Positions 27,046-39,142 of a stretch of DNA of 64,000 nucleotides are shown here, one piece after another. Numbering within the stretch: position 1 is the stretch's first letter; every line of letters starts with the position of its first letter. The DNA is from Isurus oxyrinchus (Eukaryota), in NCBI GenBank assembly GCA_026770705.1, contig JANJGN010000034.1, positions 11,532,001 through 11,596,000 on the forward strand. Direction: 5' to 3'. Both the position numbers and the translations under genes were made by a program. Below the pieces are notes generated by a model. It was not told the origin of the DNA. It ran no database searches and saw only the letters and a list, made by a program, of their open reading frames with translations.

Positions 27046-27235
27046 TCCAAGCCCATGGTGGAAGTCTCCTTTATTGAATTCAAGAAGAGTTTGTCACCCT
27101 TCCATTCCCAAAATATCAGGATTTCTTGCAAATCGAGTCCAGGGCAGACAGAGAATGCGCATGTTGCTGCTAATTACGTCATCACGCTTTTTGGCGCCAT
27201 CGCGCGCGCGCTGTGAGACAAGACGGGCCACTTAC

Positions 27236-27553
27236 CAAGGACGTGCAGAGCGATGGTTGCTGTTGCTTCACTGCCATTAACTGGAGTCATGCTAACAATG
27301 TAATCTCCACTGTCCGAAGCTGTCACTGACTTCAGCAGCAATGATCCGTTAGCGAGGAAGATCTCAGCCCGTGTTGTGTACTCATTATGGAAATCAACAG
27401 CTGTCTTGATCCACCGACCTATAGTTTCCCTCTTGAACTCCCAGTTTCCAGACCTCACCGCGGCTGACGGCTTCACTGAAAATAATGCGTTTCCTCCGAC
27501 GGTCACATTAATCCGACTGTTTTCTGTCAGGATGGTGAAACCCTGGGGCTCAG
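27236..27553 (-). CDS. IgV (CEACAM N-type, cysteine-less) exon, intact: AEPQGFTILTENSRINVTVGGNALFSV...W...RAEIFLANGSLLLKSVTASDSGDYIVSM...ATIALHVL
   Basis: Acceptor tttctttctttag, donor G|gtaagt, 318 nt, phase 1-1, no stops; NGSLLL..DSGDY motif; no B/F-strand cysteines; lies within ORF 27174..27758. Confidence 0.92.
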
Positions 27554-27706
27554 CTAAAGAAAGAAAATCAGCATTAAGGACGAAGCAACCAGAAACTCGA
27601 CAAAACATCGACTTCTCGAACACCATACCCTGATTTTCTCTGACAATCTCTTGCTGTCTTGTTTCTTCAGTCACTAAAAGAACTGATATAAGAACGTGAT
27701 CCTCAC

Positions 27707-27758
27707 CCACAGATAGCAATAAGCAAACAGCGACCGCAGTAAGTGTCAGTCTCCTCAT
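27707..27758 (-). CDS. Leader/signal peptide exon, copy A (MRRLTLTAVAVCLLLSV-G)
   Basis: ATG at 27758; 52-nt exon; hydrophobic peptide; phase-1 donor G|gtgagg. Confidence 0.9.
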
Positions 27759-27781
27759 CCTGAGGGAACTGCGCCTGATAC

Positions 27782-27870
27782 ACTCGGCAACTGATCCGCT
27801 CTTCCTGGTGTACAGAGCAGATCAACTCAATCATTTAGCGAAACGGCAATGCTGATGGGCTCGAGCTTTG
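27782..27870 (-). promoter_or_regulatory. Conserved proximal promoter/5' UTR block of cassette 1 (ETS-type CAGGAAG at 27801-27807)
   Basis: An approximately 90-bp block conserved upstream of all three leader exons; CpG-rich neighbourhood. Confidence 0.55.
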
Positions 27871-27934
27871 TTCACCTGACTGCAAACTTGTGGAATTGGA
27901 GCTGTTACATAGCGTTGTCCTATTTAGAACATTG

Positions 27935-28200
27935 CTTGCCTGGCCGAGCTGCCATTTCGCCTTTTCACGGACCCTGTTTCGATTCCTGACCTCGGGTGTC
28001 TGGCGGTGAGGAGTTTGCACTTTCCGGGTGCTCCTGTTTCCCTCCACACCCCATGTTCACAGACGTGTGCAGGCCACGTTAAATTGCTAATGAGTGTGAC
28101 CTATGTTGGACTGACATCCCGCCCTGCATGTACACCGCCTAGCGCTCGTTGCCTGTCACCAGAGGCTCTGGCTCTGCGGCCCTGAATCGGAAGAAAAGAT
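27935..28200 (+). mobile_element. V-SINE (HE1-like) remnant
   Basis: ggaccctgtttcgattcc B-box, then ggagtttgcac..ccgggtgctcctgtttccctccaca V-domain core. Confidence 0.65.
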
Positions 28201-28399
28201 TCTGGAAAAGAAGAAGTGCTTGTCTGGCCCTTTACGGTTCCGTCTCCTTGGTTTGTTTTTTGGAGCCGAAGACACGAGATATTTCTCCCAGATCAAGAAC
28301 TGGCACGTTGCATGGTGCTGCGCCAACCCAGTTAAGTGGGACCGCTGATTGTCTCCCGCTCCAGCAATGTCTCAAGTTTGAAAAGGTTAAATGGCACTA

Positions 28400-28735
28400 A
28401 TCCCGATTTACCTCTTAATCTCCGTGAGCCCATTCTGCCCCCTGAAATCACTGCGATCCTCCAATTCTGGTCTCTGAATTACCCCGAACATTAATCACTC
28501 TTTCATGGGCGGACATGATATTCAGCTGCCTCAGTCCTAAATTCAAGAAATCCGATCCTGAACATTTCCACTTCTCTACCTCTCCCTGTTCAATAAGCAG
28601 CTTAAAACCGTTCCCTTTCACCGAGGTTACAGTCACTTGTCCTTTTCTTTTGCCTGGGGTCAAATTGAATTTAGTAACAGCGCTAAGAAGCAGCTCGTGA
28701 CGCTTTATGAGGTTAAAGGGACTTTATAATTGTTA
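28400..28735 (+). mobile_element. L2-type LINE 3' end (paralog at 43405-43700)
   Basis: ctgcgatcctccaattctgg..ttcagctgcctcagtcctaa.. shared between the two positions upstream of leader cassettes 1 and 3. Confidence 0.55.
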
Positions 28736-28859
28736 GGTTTTCTCGTTTTGTTTACTGGCCCTTCGTTATTGAAAGGATGACTTTAAATCGCCTCAGCCGG
28801 CAGCACAAATCGGGCGCGGTCACTTTGCCAGCCCATTATAGCCCGCCGCCGTACCCCAC

Positions 28860-29271
28860 GGCTCTTTCCCACACTCCGAATATCGCCCCCTCTCCGGCTT
28901 CGATCTGGTTTCCCGTTCGTATTTAAATCATTTGACCTCCTGGCGAGCAGGAGGCTAACGGAAGACGGCCGGCGACAGGGAACTAATGCGATACAGGCCG
29001 CAGACTCCTTCTACGTTCAAGTGCGGCAGCAACACTGGGTGCTCAGGTCTGAATGGTCGGAGGTCAAGTCCGATGTTTATCTCCCCTCCCTATTCCATCG
29101 ACAGACTGACCGATACCTTTCTCCCTCAATACTCAGTTCCTATTCCCCGCCTCAGCTGACGGCTCCACTGGGGTTGGGAGGGTGGGAGGCGGGTGGGTGG
29201 AAATGATTGGCCTCCGACTGTCACATTTATCTGACTGTTTTCTTATAAGGTACTTAAACCCTGGGGATCAG
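28860..29271 (-). pseudogene. Degenerate IgV exon remnant (ADPQGLSTL*ENSQINVTVGG...)
   Basis: Acceptor ttcctcag; 5' part clearly homologous to the intact V exon; early TAA and then decay; 3' boundary approximate. Confidence 0.7.
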
Positions 29272-29437
29272 CTGAGGAAAGGTAATCACATCAGTGAAGC
29301 GAAGCGGCCAAACTCGACACGGCATTTTCTTTTCTAAACTGTTAACGCCTGTTATATTTGAACCTGATTCTCTGACAAGCTCTTTTTGTCTTCCTTCTCT
29401 ATCTTTAAAATAAATCATACGAGAAATTGATACTCAC

Positions 29438-29489
29438 CTTCATCCATTAATAAGCAAAGAGCGACCGCAGTCAACAGGGGTCTGATCAT
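29438..29489 (-). CDS. Second leader exon (MIRPLLTAVALCLLMDE-G), open
   Basis: 52 nt, ATG and G|gtgagt donor; paralogous to 27707-27758. Confidence 0.75.
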
Positions 29490-29520
29490 CCCGAGAAAAC
29501 ACTGCCACGCTCTCTGTACA

Positions 29521-29605
29521 ACTCGGCGACTGACCCGCACTTCCTGGTGTGCAGAGCAGATCAGGTCAATCATTGGCTAAAGCTGCAAAGCTGATTGGAC
29601 CGAGT
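29521..29605 (-). promoter_or_regulatory. Promoter block of cassette 2 (CAGGAAGTG ETS site at 29538-29546; CCAATCAG at 29591-29598)
   Basis: Paralog of 27782-27870 with consensus ETS and CCAAT motifs. Confidence 0.55.
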
Positions 29606-30121
29606 GCTTTTAACCCGACCGGAAACCTCACCACAGAAAAGCAGCTGCATATACATTAGAAATTATTGAAAATATGCAGCGAAGTCGGTTTATTGTTAGT
29701 TGAGCAATTGAAACATTTCCCCAGGAATTAAAACATTAAAAACATTTTAAAAAACATTCTCCAGGAATGTATTACTGAAAGGTGAGTTTCAACTGGAAAT
29801 GAGTATTCCCTGGCATACAATTTTAATCTAATTGGATAATCCATTCAAAGGTTCCCGCCGATTGGCCTCCTTCTATAGTGGTGGGGGACGGCGGGGGAGG
29901 AGGAAGGTGCATGGTGTCATTTATTCATTATGTTTTGCGGCTTAGTTGTCAACACTCTCGCTGCTGAGCCGGTAAGTTGTGGGTGCGATTTCCCACTCCC
30001 GCTGTCCGCCGCTGTTTTTCGGCCTGCAGTCCTTCCAGTTCTCCACAAGGGACACGACTGTCAAGATAAACAAAAAGAGACATATATTCGTGTTCAGATG
30101 CTGTGCTTTGGGCATTGCTGT

Positions 30122-30146
30122 CCCCCCCCCCCCCCCCCCCCCCCCC
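30122..30146. repeat. poly-C (25)
   Basis: Homopolymer. Confidence 0.95.
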
Positions 30147-30719
30147 AACACACACAACCCCCACAGCCCCACAGCCCCAGCCACCCCCTGCCCCCCGAGC
30201 TATCATACCAACAATGAATGATCCTTCGGGAAACAATTAAAATCGACCACAGATTAGGAGAACGATGAATTCTTGGCAGTTTGGCAACATCTCAATCTGG
30301 GAGCTTCAATCGAACATGTGGCCGAAAATTTCACAAGCAAACATGTCGGCAGCAGATCATCCATGACGTGGCACATCCTGAGTTCAATGTTCAGATGCAG
30401 GAAGGGTAGGGGATGGGATAAGACTGAACCAGGGTAGGCCCACAGATTATTGGCTTTCTGTTTCCGTGTTAAACCTATACTTCGTCCTACATATTATATA
30501 ATAATTTTACGAAGCTGTCTTATTACAGAAAGTATACTTGTCCTTCCACTCGCTCTCTAAAAAACCACACTCAGTTTAGTCACTCTTCTTGTCACGTGTT
30601 TGTGCCCATTGTATTGCAATGTGCATTGTATCCAAATAATCGTTCAGCAGTATCGAAGTTGAGTATTGCTGAAATATTGACATGATATCAAATCGTTTCC
30701 TCTTCCACTCATCTGAATA

Positions 30720-31940
30720 GCTGGCAAAAATTGTAATGCAGGAACAACAATTTATACTGCATGAGAAGAGTGCGTTGAATGGTTGGCAATGGGATTCTGA
30801 TTAATGGAGTTGTTGCCATGGAGAAAATGCAGCATGGGACAGTTAGCTGCTCAGCTTTGTTAAAATTAAAGCCAGGCAGGACGACTCTGATTAGTGTAGA
30901 TGCTGCCCTGGGTAATAAATCAGCGAATGAATTTTCCATAAACATATCTTTAGATGCAAAAAGGTGCAACAAGTGATAATGTTCATTTTGGTTGCAAAGA
31001 ACAGGAGCCTGTGTGTGAATATATGTGAGCTCTAGGACACACAAGTGAGCCAGTCTGCCAGCCTGACCGATAACGTTAAATTGCTTTTCAGTGTAATTCT
31101 TCGCACAATCAGCATTATTTGGCAGCAGTTGTCCTAACATAGATCTTCACCCTAAGTTGGACACTATATTATAAGGGTTTTGCAAGCAAAGCCTGATTGG
31201 GGATGGTCAGTACCTTCCTTCCCTGTTGTGAACAGCCGAAGGGACATGCTGTTTGATACGACCTTCCAAATGCTGGGACGTATCACCGTTGTACCTGACA
31301 ATACACTGGCACTGAAATTCATAGACCACATTGCCAATCGGTGAGTTAGGCCAAAAGCCTTCTTGACTTGATGGCAACTTCCTCTTAGTGGAGATTGCCA
31401 CCCGGGTTATAATGCATAGGTACAGCGTGCTATGCCTAGCTTCATTGATTTTATTGTGACACCGTACCCTTCCAAAGCAATCTGAAGTAGATTGGGCACT
31501 TTTCAGGACTGAATGTGGCAGCCTAAGGCCCACTACTGAGTTTGTACAATATGCAGCAAAGGATAACTCGATCAGGTGACATATTGTTCCACAGGATGAC
31601 TTTGCTGCGCATGGCACATTGAGTCATTAAAACTGAACTGAGTTCAGTTATGCACCCTTGAAGCCATAAATATTCACACACAGGGCAATGCCCATTGTTG
31701 AACAAAGGAAGCTGCCCTGGCATTGCTTCTTTGCAACTAAACAAAACTTATGGAACAGTCATTGGGCAACACATTGATCAATCAGCATCAACCTGCCTGG
31801 ATTGATTTTGAACAAAGCTGGACGGTTAGTTTCTTGCTGCATTCACCATAGCAAGACTTCTGGCAATCAGAGTCCACTTGCCAACAAATCTGAATGATCT
31901 TCTCTTACAGTATAAATTGTTGTTTCCCCATTTCAATAGG
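30720..31940 (-). mobile_element. Penelope-like element with GIY-YIG endonuclease and inverted pseudo-LTR
   Basis: NVVYEFQCQCIVRYNGDTSQHLEGRIKQHVP; approx. 30730-30895 is an inverted copy of approx. 31775-31937. Confidence 0.85.
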
Positions 31941-33139
31941 AACAGTCTTGGGAGCAATCCTCATGCAAGGCAAACGGAAAGCATTGAGACCATGTGTCTA
32001 CTTCCAGAAGTACATTGTATTATAACTTCCTGCTCGGAAATTAAGGATGCAAGTTGTCCGTAAATTAGGCACCCCCATTACTGAGCAATCCGATCACTGG
32101 TCTATACTGACAATTTGCTCAGGTTTCAATTTACTTGAAAAGTTCGTAAAATGCTAATCTGCCTCTCAATCCCAGTAAGTGAAATTTCAGATGTCGAAGT
32201 AACTGATGAAACATTTTAAAATGTGTATATTTTGAGGGGTCATGATTGAATTGCTTAATTGAGCCTTTTTCTGTTGTGCTTCTTTGTTCAACCTTTAATT
32301 CAACTTTTCTCAACAGCTCCCAAGTGCACGACTTGAGTTTTCATTTTCCTCCAATGTTGAGATCTTGGGAGATCACTTTGGATTCTGCAGTCTCTGATAT
32401 CTAATTTCCCAATTTGCATCGACTCTGCTCAATCAACTGAAGTGATGGAATTTGCAGGGAAACTGTGGTCTAACACACAGTACTGTACATTGAATAGTAA
32501 AGGCCACCAAGACAGATTCAGTAAATTTCCCTTCAGCCCACCCAGTCTTCAGTGACCACTGTGAGTCGCTGTAACTCATTAAAACTCTTTCCCTCACGAG
32601 GCACTTTAACTCTTCACTTTCGAAATCCAACCTCTCAATTGCATCAAATATTGCTCTGGCTCGGACTGCCTCAATTACTTCTCACCTCACAGTGGTTCCG
32701 CCTCTTCTCCTGAGTAGTTTTCGTTCACAGGGTTGAAAATTCCGCAATCTGAACACGAATTACTGGCATACTTCCAGCTCTTTTGCAGATGGTTAGTTTC
32801 ACTAAATTGACACTGCTGTGCATTTCTGCAAACGCCAGTCTACCAGTTGCACTGAGCTATAAATGGTTTCCAAGGTTTCTCTGCGCCCTAACTGCCTCAC
32901 ACAGGACCAGCAACATTCCACGACCATCTGAGCTCCCAGTTCTTCTCAGAACCTGAAGTGCCTGGTGTCTGCTTAGTGTGCTGAAGCATCATTTGACTAC
33001 ATCAACTGTTTAAAAGGTGCGCTGCCGTTCAGTTCTGATCATGTAAGATGATATGAGATTACATGCTGCATGATTTCTGGATAATGAGTGACCAGGCCTC
33101 ACCATCACCTGAACCGAATAAAGTGAAAAATGATGAGGA

Positions 33140-33555
33140 CCTCAGTTACATATTTAGATTGCAGATGCTCTGCTTGCCCTCCTGGGAGACAAAACATCTG
33201 ATATCGCTAACATTATAGATAAGCATAAATATCATGAAGGGTATGGACAGAGTTTTTAGCGAAAGGCTGTTTCCTTTGATGGAAGCATCAGGACACTGAT
33301 TTATAGGGAATGGGGAATGAGGAGACGCTTCTTTCATTATTGGTTCGTTAGAATGCAGAATACACTGCCAGAGACAATGCTGAAGGCAGATTCAATCATG
33401 GCTTTAAGAAGGCTTTTTTACCAAAAAGGAAAACATACGAAGGATTATGGGGAAAGGGCAGCGTAGTGCCACCAGATGCAATTCTGTCACAGAGAGCTGG
33501 CACAGATATGGCAGGCTGAATGGTCTCGCTCTATGCTACAAATATTCAATGATTC
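33140..33555 (+). mobile_element. CR1 3' end
   Basis: IMKGMDRVFSERLFPLMEASGH..; tail ggctgaatggtctcgctctatgct. Confidence 0.7.
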
Positions 33556-34789
33556 ACGGAGGAATTTCAACATGAATAGAAGGAAGAGCAAGTACGGTAT
33601 TAAACAACACACCACCTTATGTTAGTGAGGAAATTGCCTCCATATAACAATGTCCCACCTCCCCTCCCCCCAGCACCGCCTGCAAAACCAAACAATATGC
33701 ACTGCAATACAGAGAATCGATCCTGGTTAGTCCGTTTTTTTTCTTTCAATTCCACCAATAACTTATGCCTTTGTTCACAAATCCCAAGCCGTGCAAACTC
33801 TGTTTCTAACTGCCTCTGTTGAGCTGAAAGCTCTCATTTTCCTTGTGCATCTAATGCTTGAATGCAGTTAGTCAGAAGGAAGTCCAAATGTTGCAGCCAC
33901 TTGTGCGGCAAAAGTGGCTCTGCAAACAGATATTTTTCACTTCTTATCTCACGATGTCACCTTTCGGTGGCTGAGGTAATAATTTGTCAGAACCTTTCAG
34001 AATACTGACATGGTTCTCAGAAATTGGACCTTTAAAAATTACACTCACTGGTCTTATGGTTATTGAGCGGGGAAGTATTGTTTCATGAGTAGCTGACAGC
34101 GGTGCACAATCCAACGGGAAGACTCATTCGACCATCCTGTTTGACATTTATCCTGCAGCCATGAGATTATCGCGATTTCGGGACCATGTTATTTTACTGC
34201 GGTGAAATGAATTGCTCTAAACCTTGGCGACATCAGCGGCAACATTGTTCGTTTCCTGGGACTTTGCATGTGGGTAGAAACAATACAAAATCATTTGAAG
34301 CCAATTTTCAGTCCCTCGTATTTTGTGCAACATTGTCAGGAGTGGCGAATTATCTGACGGGCAGGAAATAGTGACTGGGATATATACGAGTTGAGGAATT
34401 TTCTGCTCGTCAGTACTTAAAAGAATAGAACTTGCCTAAGGCAGATGGAGACGGCAAAGTAGCCTGTATGCCATGAAGTGCAATAACACTAGTGGAGGAA
34501 AAGGTGGGAGGTATGGCTCACCATTGTTTGGAAGCTGCTTTCAGAAGCAATGTAATGTAATACGTAGAATTTAAGCTCTTAGCAGCTAAGTTGACCGATC
34601 AGGGCCGTGCCAACTTCCATGATCTGAATGAAAGCCCTCCCACGCTTTTTCACCTAAACCTTATTAACAGTATCCACCATGTACTTGGCCAGCTTTTCCC
34701 AAAATTATTCGATGCTACTTGACTCAACACTCCCTGTTGCCAAATCCCACATTCTAAGCATTCTCTAGTTGTACAGCTTTGACCTGAAT

Positions 34790-35092
34790 TCCTTCTCTCT
34801 TCAGTCACCGTGCCCCAAGAAACGGGTTGGTGACCATGGATTTGAACGAATCACATTGTTTCTCAAAGTGCTGCAGTGGTTTGCCATTGCCTTCTGCAAC
34901 ATGGCTCAACAAGACAGTCCATCCGACGGACTGCTGTGTGGCGTGTTGGAAAGGGTTAACAGGATACTAATCAACCCGCCTGCCCACCGTATGAACACAC
35001 CATCTATTTCCATCAAGACTTGGAGTGAGATTTGAACCAGGGCCTTCTGGCTCAGAAGCAGGGGCACTTACAAGCATGCAACAAGACTTCCC
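34790..35092 (-). mobile_element. tRNA-headed SINE with RTE-type (Bov-A-like) tail
   Basis: Minus strand: B-box ggttcaaatc near 35029-35038, then gaaggcaatggcaaaccactgcagcactttg. Confidence 0.65.
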
Positions 35093-36038
35093 CTCAAATT
35101 CAAAACTGGGCATATTTGTTTCGAGATTATACTTAGGGCTCCAAAATTTGATTCGTTCTAAAGTGGAAGCATATTCTCCAGGTTTACTCTTTCAAATGCC
35201 TTCAACATTTTAAGGACCTCAGGAAAGAGCCGCAGACTATTTAGCCTTTCTTGATATTTAACACCTCTCAGTTTCGGTATCATGCTAGTAAATTCTGCAC
35301 ATTACAGTCTTAGAATTTAAATTTGTAATTCCATTATTAGGAAAAGTAGTGACAGCTATGCAAGTCCAACAAATATCCTTGTTTCGAATTCTGGCAATTA
35401 TTTCAGTTGCTGATGTCATCATTCAGGTAAGGACTGAAATGGTCACCTCTTTAAAGTGCAGATGGCGTATTGCACCATAGATTACAAAGCAGTGACAGTG
35501 AATGTTCAGACTCAAATCGTTCATTGTTTCAGCCGAACTTGGAAGGTTCAGGAGAAGTGCTCCAACTGCTGACTTATCAATGTGAAACTGCAGGGCCAAA
35601 GGAAAGACCGAAGATTTGGAGGGAAAGAGCAACCTCTTGTATCTGAGAGCAACATGTTCCTGAGGCAGCGGCCCACAAGAAATTCAAGCAATTAAACCAA
35701 CCGATAGGCAGGAGGCATCAGTTGATTTATGCTCTGCTTCCCAATAATCATTCATTTTAGCGCTATCAGTATAACACCTTGCAGAGACAAACTGTGCATT
35801 GAAGCAGAGACAGGTTTTGTGAGAGAGAGGCAACGAGACAAAGCGAAAGAGAAAGAGAGAGTCTCACTGTGGTTGAGATATGAACAGAATGAGAGATAGG
35901 GAGGGAGTGGCAGAGGGACGCACTAAGTGAAAAATGAGGAAAGGTTGCGGGACGGGGCGGGGCGGGGGTGGCAGCAGAGAAAGGGACAGGGAAGGGAGTC
36001 AAACTATTAGGAGAAATTAAATATATTTCTTTATTATA

Positions 36039-36616
36039 CGTAAGTCTCCAGACAGCCATTACTGCTAAACATATTAACAGTTGAACCTTGCCAGGTGAAC
36101 ATTACACAGCCTTGACAGTCAGGCTGGAGGCAAAGGTTGGCATAAATTAGATTAAGTGCTCCTCTCTCAGATAAGGAAGGGGCAAAATGGTGTTGACTTA
36201 GATCTGGGAAGATGAACAATGGACAAAGAGGGGGCTTTGATGAAACACAAACAGTCTTGAGTTGCAAGAATCAAGGTTCATGTATATGTGCCTTAATTCT
36301 GATTGGATAGCAAATATATATATACATGCTTTAGAATAATTGGAAAGGAAAATCGCATGTTTATGCACTCAATAGGATAGAGATAGTATGGAATCTATGT
36401 TGGTGGTTACCAATTGGATGTCTTAAAAATGAACTCAAATATATTATGATAAGAACAGGTACAAAAGCAATGAATTGTAATCGATCTGGGAACTAGGTCT
36501 CTATTCTTAGGCATGATTGCGACCCTCTTGCATATGTTTGAATGAAGCCGGTTCAATGAAGCCTGAATCTCGTGTGGTCATTGCGGGATCAGAGAGTGCA
36601 ACGTCCCCTCTTCACA
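36039..36616 (+). mobile_element. Possible ERV-like solo LTR
   Basis: Ends ..gtggtcattgcgggatc..cttcaCA; no TSD found. Confidence 0.35.
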
Positions 36617-36964
36617 AAAAAAGAAACGAGAGAGGCAAATGGCCAACTGGATTAATTGAAATGAGGGATGGAGGGTTCAGTTCTTGAACACACTAATTAT
36701 GTGTTAATGTAGAATGGCTCCTGCAGCAACATCAGTCTCCTCCCTTATGTTGTTTCCGTTCTCCATTGATTAATCTGCACCTGGAGGAGAGAGGCACTAT
36801 TTAAAAGAGGCTCATTGTCATTCATAAGGCCGGAGAAAACGTAGACAGATCGTGCTTTGGTGGATCTAACAAGATTAGTGCTGCCGATGCCTTGAGTTTT
36901 CTTTAAGGTTTCTTTCAGAGCTTCTAAAAGCTATAAATAATCGGGAAACATTTACTCCTTTGTT

Positions 36965-37720
36965 TTCAATTCATCCACGGGGTGTGAAGGTTGCTGACTG
37001 GGCTATCACTTTATGCCCATCCCTAATTGCCATTCAGATGGTGGTGGTGAGATGATATTTTGAACCGCTGCAGTCCCTGTGGTGTAGGTACAACCGCAGT
37101 GCTGTTAGGAAGGGAGTTCCAGGATATTGACTCAGCGACAGTGAAGAAACGGCCTATATATTTCCAAGTCAGGATGTTGAGTGGCTTGGAGGGGAACTTC
37201 CAGGTGGTGGTGCTCCCATGTGTCAGCTGCCCTTGTCCTTCTAGATGGTAGTGGTTGTGGGTTTGGAAGTTGATGTCCAAGGAGCTTTCTGAATTCTTAA
37301 TGTGCAACTTGTGCATGGCACACACTTCTGCCACTGTGCGTCGGTGGTGGAGGGAATGAATGTTTGTGGATGGGATGCCAATCAAGCTGGCTGCTTTTTC
37401 CTGGATGGTGTCAAGCTTCTTGAGTCTTGTGGGAACTGCACTCATCCAGGCAAGTGGGGAGTATTCAACCTGCAGGGCATTGATTTTGGGGGAATCAGTG
37501 ATGGTAATGCCATTGAACATCAAGGACGATGTTTCGATTCTCTATTTTTGGAAATGTCATTGGCTGGTGTTTGTGTGGTGTGAATGTTATCAGCTACTCG
37601 TCATCCCAAGCCAGGATATTGGCCAGGTCTGGCCGCATTTGGACATGGAGTCCTTCAGCTTCTGTAGAATCAATAATGGTGCTGGGCTTTGTGCAATCAT
37701 AATGAAATCATTCATATTTT
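36965..37720 (-). mobile_element. CR1/L2-group LINE 3' fragment with an internal deletion
   Basis: ORF 37023..37523, EYSPLAWMSAVPTRLKKLDTIQEKAA; same family as 18265-20215. Confidence 0.88.
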
Positions 37721-39004
37721 ACTATCATGTATAGATTCTATGTCCTGTTTAATAATTCATTACTTCTCTCTGTTTCCTATGTCAGAATACCAGTCGTCAA
37801 ACCCCATAGCATAAATTCATGAAGCATGCATCTTTATATCACATAAATACATAGTTCTATACATATTTTAACAAAAGCATGAAAAATTATGAATGGATAT
37901 ATACGGCACCGGGAGATAATAATCTTTATCCAATATGGGCATAATTAGTCAATAACGATGCATGGTGTAGGGTGTGGCAGATGCTGATGTTTATCTGTGA
38001 GTTGAAGTTTCACAGGATGGAGGATATGAGACTGTAATGGAGAGAAAATGAGCTTACACATCAAATGTGGGGTGGAGTTTGGCACCGGTTACAGCCTTGC
38101 AACAATAGCTGGGAAAATGGGGATCTAAAGGCTACAGAAGTTTTCACCTGAAGGTGATCCATTTATCCTGATTCTCCACTTTCTGGCCAATGGCCTTAAT
38201 CTACCTACTGATTCACTAAAGGCAGCTGCATCTCATTCATGGTTTAATGTTCAACAAACAATGTGACATCACAGAAATAGAGGAGAGTCGTGGCGGTTGG
38301 CACAGAGGGAGAGATGGGTGTTTAGAGCAAATATGTGCAAACAGATCCGATATCAAGGAATTTTGCCTCCGGAAGATAACAGGTACATGAGGCAAAGTTG
38401 CACAGGAATAGTTCAGTGGTTTAACTGAAAGGCAATAGATGGAGAGAATAGCCATATCTGCAAGTTCACTGCCTTGATTTGGATCGCTTCTAGTGTTACT
38501 AAGGAATAGCAGTCCCGCTGAGTTTGAAACTTAAGAATGATAGTTTTGTTGACTATGCTGAAGAATGCATACTGGCTTCAGAACCATAGACTGTGCTCCA
38601 TGACCAGGGAAAGACAGCTTGTTCTCCATCTGCCCAGGGAGATGCCCATGCAAGCTGCAGCAGGGAGACATAAGTTGGGAGTCGGCGTAAATAGACAAAG
38701 GTGTGTGACGTGTAACCATGTTCGGCATCTCTAGAGAGGAATGGGAATATCAATATGGGTGCAAGATTGCAGTTGCTGGGGAGGGATATTGGGGTTTTAT
38801 AGTGGGAAGTTATTACTAACATTAGTGTTGAAAATTAGAACATCCAAACTTAATAATGTTAAACTGGCAGCTGGAGTGAACTAGAGAGGCAGGAAAGGAA
38901 TATGAATAGGTGGTGGGACTCACTGATGTGATGACTTGCAACAAGGAATGATCGGAGATCCAACAGGAACTTCAAGGAAAGGAGAAAGGCAAAGCATTGG
39001 GAAT

Positions 39005-39142
39005 AAAGACAAAATACGATGCATGCGGGGAACCTGAAGCAAAAACAAAAATATGCTGGAAAAATGCAGCAGGTCTGAAAGCATCTGTGGAGAGAGAGAG
39101 ACCGAGTTAATGTTTCGAGTCCATGTGACTCTACTTCAGATC
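39005..39142 (-). mobile_element. Penelope-derived short repeat with minimal hammerhead-like motif
   Basis: Minus strand ctgaagta-gagtc-acatg-gactc-gaaac. Confidence 0.65.

Larger units (their letters stand above)
2665..27758 (-). other. CEACAM-like IgSF receptor locus, copy A (L-IgV-IgC2psi-IgC2psi-TM-ITAM tail); pseudogene or exon-skipping gene
   Basis: Ten exons with consistent phases, read from the sequence and listed individually below. A Cys-less V domain, C2 exons starting EPI.KP and YGPD.P, and TM plus small cytoplasmic exons match CEACAM family organisation. Confidence 0.85.

Noticed and set aside
27174-27758. 194-aa ORF as a single-exon protein
   Set aside because: It reads through a 153-nt in-frame intron with clear GT-AG sites, so it is the leader and V exons.
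29942-30115. Small secreted peptide ORF (MPKAQ..ICLFLFILTVVSLV)
   Set aside because: The hydrophobic stretch comes from a pyrimidine tract next to a homopolymer; no recognisable family.
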